Positions 34,309 to 36,380 of a stretch of DNA of 36,380 nucleotides are shown piece after piece (position 1 is the first letter of the stretch; each line of letters opens with the position of its first letter). Made by a program: the position numbers and the translations under genes. Origin of the DNA: a virus (lineage: Duplodnaviria; Caudoviricetes). The notes beneath the pieces are model-generated. The model was not told the origin of the DNA, ran no database searches, and saw only the letters and a program-made list of their open reading frames with translations. The DNA lies in the IMG/VR virus record IMGVR_UViG_3300049171_000069, positions 1-36,380 of that record; one strand, 5' to 3'.

Positions 34309-34581
34309 CTAGCGGACCGTGCCCCACTGTCGGCGGTCCGGCTGGCCCGCCAAGCGCAAAGCCCGGCGCCGCGTGGCTCGCTCGGCGCGGGCGACATCCG
34401 CAAGGCGGAAGAGTTGACGCCCTCGCTCGTCCAGGCCGCCCGGTGTCAGGTGTCCTCGGGCTACCCAGGAGCGGATCGTTCTGACGGTAACGGCAGCTGC
34501 TCCAGCAGAGAGGAAGCGGCGCCCCCTGGTGGCGTGTTCGGCTGCCTCGACGGCTGTGAGCCAGGTGGTGTAGTCGGGCAC
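34309..34581 (-). CDS. MerR-like small HTH protein
   Basis: TVRTIRSWVARGHL..GLDERGRQLFRLADVARAE; GGAGGT RBS. Confidence 0.75.
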   Translation of the reverse strand: MPDYTTWLTAVEAAEHATRGRRFLSAGAAAVTVRTIRSWVARGHLTPGGLDERGRQLFRLADVARAERATRRRALRLAGQPDRRQWGTVR

Positions 34582-34603
34582 TGAAACCTCCACGGAACGA
34601 CAA

Positions 34604-34630
34604 AGACCCCCGGCGTCGAGCCGAGGGTCT
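34604..34630 (-). terminator. Hairpin downstream of integrase
   Basis: AGACCC.CGGC / GCCG.GGGTCT followed by a short T-run on the minus strand. Confidence 0.55.
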
Positions 34631-34705
34631 GATGTTCGATAGGCGCACCTGTGGCGCTGACAGAGAGTATGCGCTACCCCATCGAACGATGTCCAGCCAA
34701 CCGAA

Positions 34706-36211
34706 TCAAACGCTTACCGCGCTCTTCCCGCGCTTCCAACGGAAGTCGATGGCCTCGTAGTCGAAGTACCCGCCGTCGGGCATGCGCCCCGGCCGCGGCG
34801 GCATCAGCGTGACCTCGACCAGCTCCCGCAGCACCGCCCGCTGCTGGGCGAGCTCCATCGCCTTCCACGCCTTCCGCACATCCGGCGCCCCAGTCAGCGC
34901 CACCAGCGGATCCTTCGTCGCCGCACGAGCGAGCTGCTTGTTCACGCCCTCCAACTGGGCCCGCGCCACGCCCGACGCCTCGGTGAATTCCGGCATCGAG
35001 ATCTGACCCGCGCCGAACGCCGCCGCCACGTCGGTCAACCGCCGGCGGATCTGCTCGCTCTCCATCTGCAGCGCCGCGACGTCGATGTCCTCGGGCCCGG
35101 GGAGAAGCAGGTCCTGCGCGTCGTCCCGGGACAGGCGCTCGATGATGACGTCCTGGACGTACTCGTCCAGCTTCGCCGCATGCCGGCCGCCGCCGTGCCG
35201 GGTCTCGCACCGGTACGACGGGTACTTCCTGCCGCCCGACTGGGTCACGACGTTGTACGCCGTGCAGCCCGGCTTTCCGCACCGGTAGATCATCGAGCCG
35301 AACCACTTCGGCTGAGCTCCGGGAGTCGTCCGTCGCGCGGGGTCCTTCAGGATGGCCACGACGGCCCTGTGCTTCTCCTCGGGCACGGCCGTCTCCCAGG
35401 TGCCCTTGCCGATCTCCTCGCCCTTGTAGACGGCGATTCCGGCGTTCCTGGGGCGGAGCAGCATGTCGCGGGCCTCGGTGTCGCCGATCGGGTTGCCGCG
35501 CGTGGTGGTGAGGCCCTTGTCAGCGAGCCAGCGGACCCAGCCCTTGATCGAGCCGCCGGACAGGATCATGTCGTGCCCGACCTCCAGCGCGGCGGCCTCC
35601 TCGGGGACGGCCTTCTTCATGTCGAGGACGGGCACCTCGATCTCCTCGCCGGATTCCCGGTCAACCTTGGTGGTCGTCTCGCCGGTGGGCATGCCCCACC
35701 CGAACGGGCGAATCCCGCCGCCCCATTCGCCGGCCTTCGCCTTCTGCTGCCGCGCCCGGGCGACACGCTCGGCCTTGTGCTCGGATTCGTGCCGTGCCAC
35801 GGCGCCGAGGATGCGAGCGGTCATCCGGCCGGACGGCGTGGACAGGTCGATCGGCCCGGCCTGGCAGGTGTGGGTGTTGATGCCGCGACGCTCGGAGAGG
35901 TCGATGTACTCCTCGAGCTCCGTAGGGGAGCGGTGCAGGCGGTCGGTGTGCCAGGCGATGACGACGGTCGCGGTGCCGTCGTCGAGGTCGGCGAGCATCC
36001 GGCGGTAGCCGGGCCGGGGCTTGCCGCTGTACGCGGACAGGTCGTTGTCGACGTACACCTCGACGACGTCCCAGCCGTTCCGCTCGGCGAGCGCTTCGCA
36101 GTCCTCGCGTTGCCGGTCGACGCCGAGGTGCGCGCCGGTCCGGTCCTGGCTGATGCGGACGTAGATGACCGCGCGGATCGGCTTCTTGCCCAGGGCGTTG
36201 GTGACCTTCAT
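34706..36211 (-). CDS. int: Large serine recombinase (integrase)
   Basis: IYVRIS catalytic Ser, DNDLSA, RPGY, DRLHR, RPFG, Zn ribbon (YRC..C..YRC) and coiled coil. Confidence 0.96.
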   Translation of the reverse strand: MKVTNALGKKPIRAVIYVRISQDRTGAHLGVDRQREDCEALAERNGWDVVEVYVDNDLSAYSGKPRPGYRRMLADLDDGTATVVIAWHTDRLHRSPTELEEYIDLSERRGINTHTCQAGPIDLSTPSGRMTARILGAVARHESEHKAERVARARQQKAKAGEWGGGIRPFGWGMPTGETTTKVDRESGEEIEVPVLDMKKAVPEEAAALEVGHDMILSGGSIKGWVRWLADKGLTTTRGNPIGDTEARDMLLRPRNAGIAVYKGEEIGKGTWETAVPEEKHRAVVAILKDPARRTTPGAQPKWFGSMIYRCGKPGCTAYNVVTQSGGRKYPSYRCETRHGGGRHAAKLDEYVQDVIIERLSRDDAQDLLLPGPEDIDVAALQMESEQIRRRLTDVAAAFGAGQISMPEFTEASGVARAQLEGVNKQLARAATKDPLVALTGAPDVRKAWKAMELAQQRAVLRELVEVTLMPPRPGRMPDGGYFDYEAIDFRWKRGKSAVSV

Positions 36212-36227
36212 GGCTGAAGTGTGGCAC

Positions 36228-36274
36228 CAGAGAGGGGTCTTGGTCCAAGGTTCGGGAACCCCAAGAGTGCTCTG
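36228..36274. other. Putative attP
   Basis: Imperfect IR AGAG-N3-TCTTGG ... CCAAGA-N3-CTCT around a 17-bp centre, immediately upstream of int. Confidence 0.55.
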
Positions 36275-36380
36275 TGACGCCTCTACTGAGTGATCACTTT
36301 CGAGGAGCCGCGAAAGTGATTCTGCGAGCCCCTGACCTGCGCCTTTGTGTAGTCGGGAGGCTGCTCTCGACCGCTCTTGC
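36254..36380. repeat. 127-bp terminal direct repeat, copy 2
   Basis: Identical to 1-127. Confidence 0.9.

Larger units (their letters stand above)
1..36380. mobile_element. Complete temperate siphophage genome (circular/excised form), probable Streptomyces host
   Basis: Full integration, replication, packaging, head, tail and lysis gene set; identical 127-bp ends; high GC; Streptomyces-type amidase, holin and XRE genes. Confidence 0.93.

Noticed and set aside
34650-34662. TGTCAG as a third damage-type promoter for the MerR-like gene
   Set aside because: No TANNNT-like -10 at the required 10-bp spacing
1-36380. tRNA, rRNA, reverse transcriptase/DGR or named defence systems
   Set aside because: No supporting motifs seen in manual reading; a tRNAscan/DefenseFinder run would be needed to exclude them formally

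Overview
The window is an apparently complete, circularly assembled temperate siphovirus genome from a high-GC actinomycete, very probably Streptomyces. The unit length is about 36,253 bp, and positions 1-127 are repeated exactly at 36254-36380. Almost all genes are on the minus strand. From right to left they are: an attP-like site and large serine integrase; two stacked divergent XRE/HTH regulator pairs; early genes; a replication initiator with four internal iterons plus a DnaB helicase; a putative late regulator; an autoregulated plasmid-spread-like membrane operon; several morons; HNH, terminase, portal, HK97 protease and capsid; head-tail and tail genes with a -1 frameshifted chaperone; and an amidase, holin and collagen-like lysis cassette. 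Next to attP at the left end is an accessory cassette: a TTA-containing XRE/helical-repeat regulator plus a pterin-carbinolamine dehydratase-like gene, divergent from a CxCxxC peptide, a His-motif (GRDP-like) protein and a SAM methyltransferase. The best candidates for undescribed biology are this cassette, the operon ending in a motor-less TraB-like protein over phased GTCTAC repeats, the double genetic switch, and morons under DNA-damage-type promoters. All family assignments come from manual motif recognition; no database searches were run.
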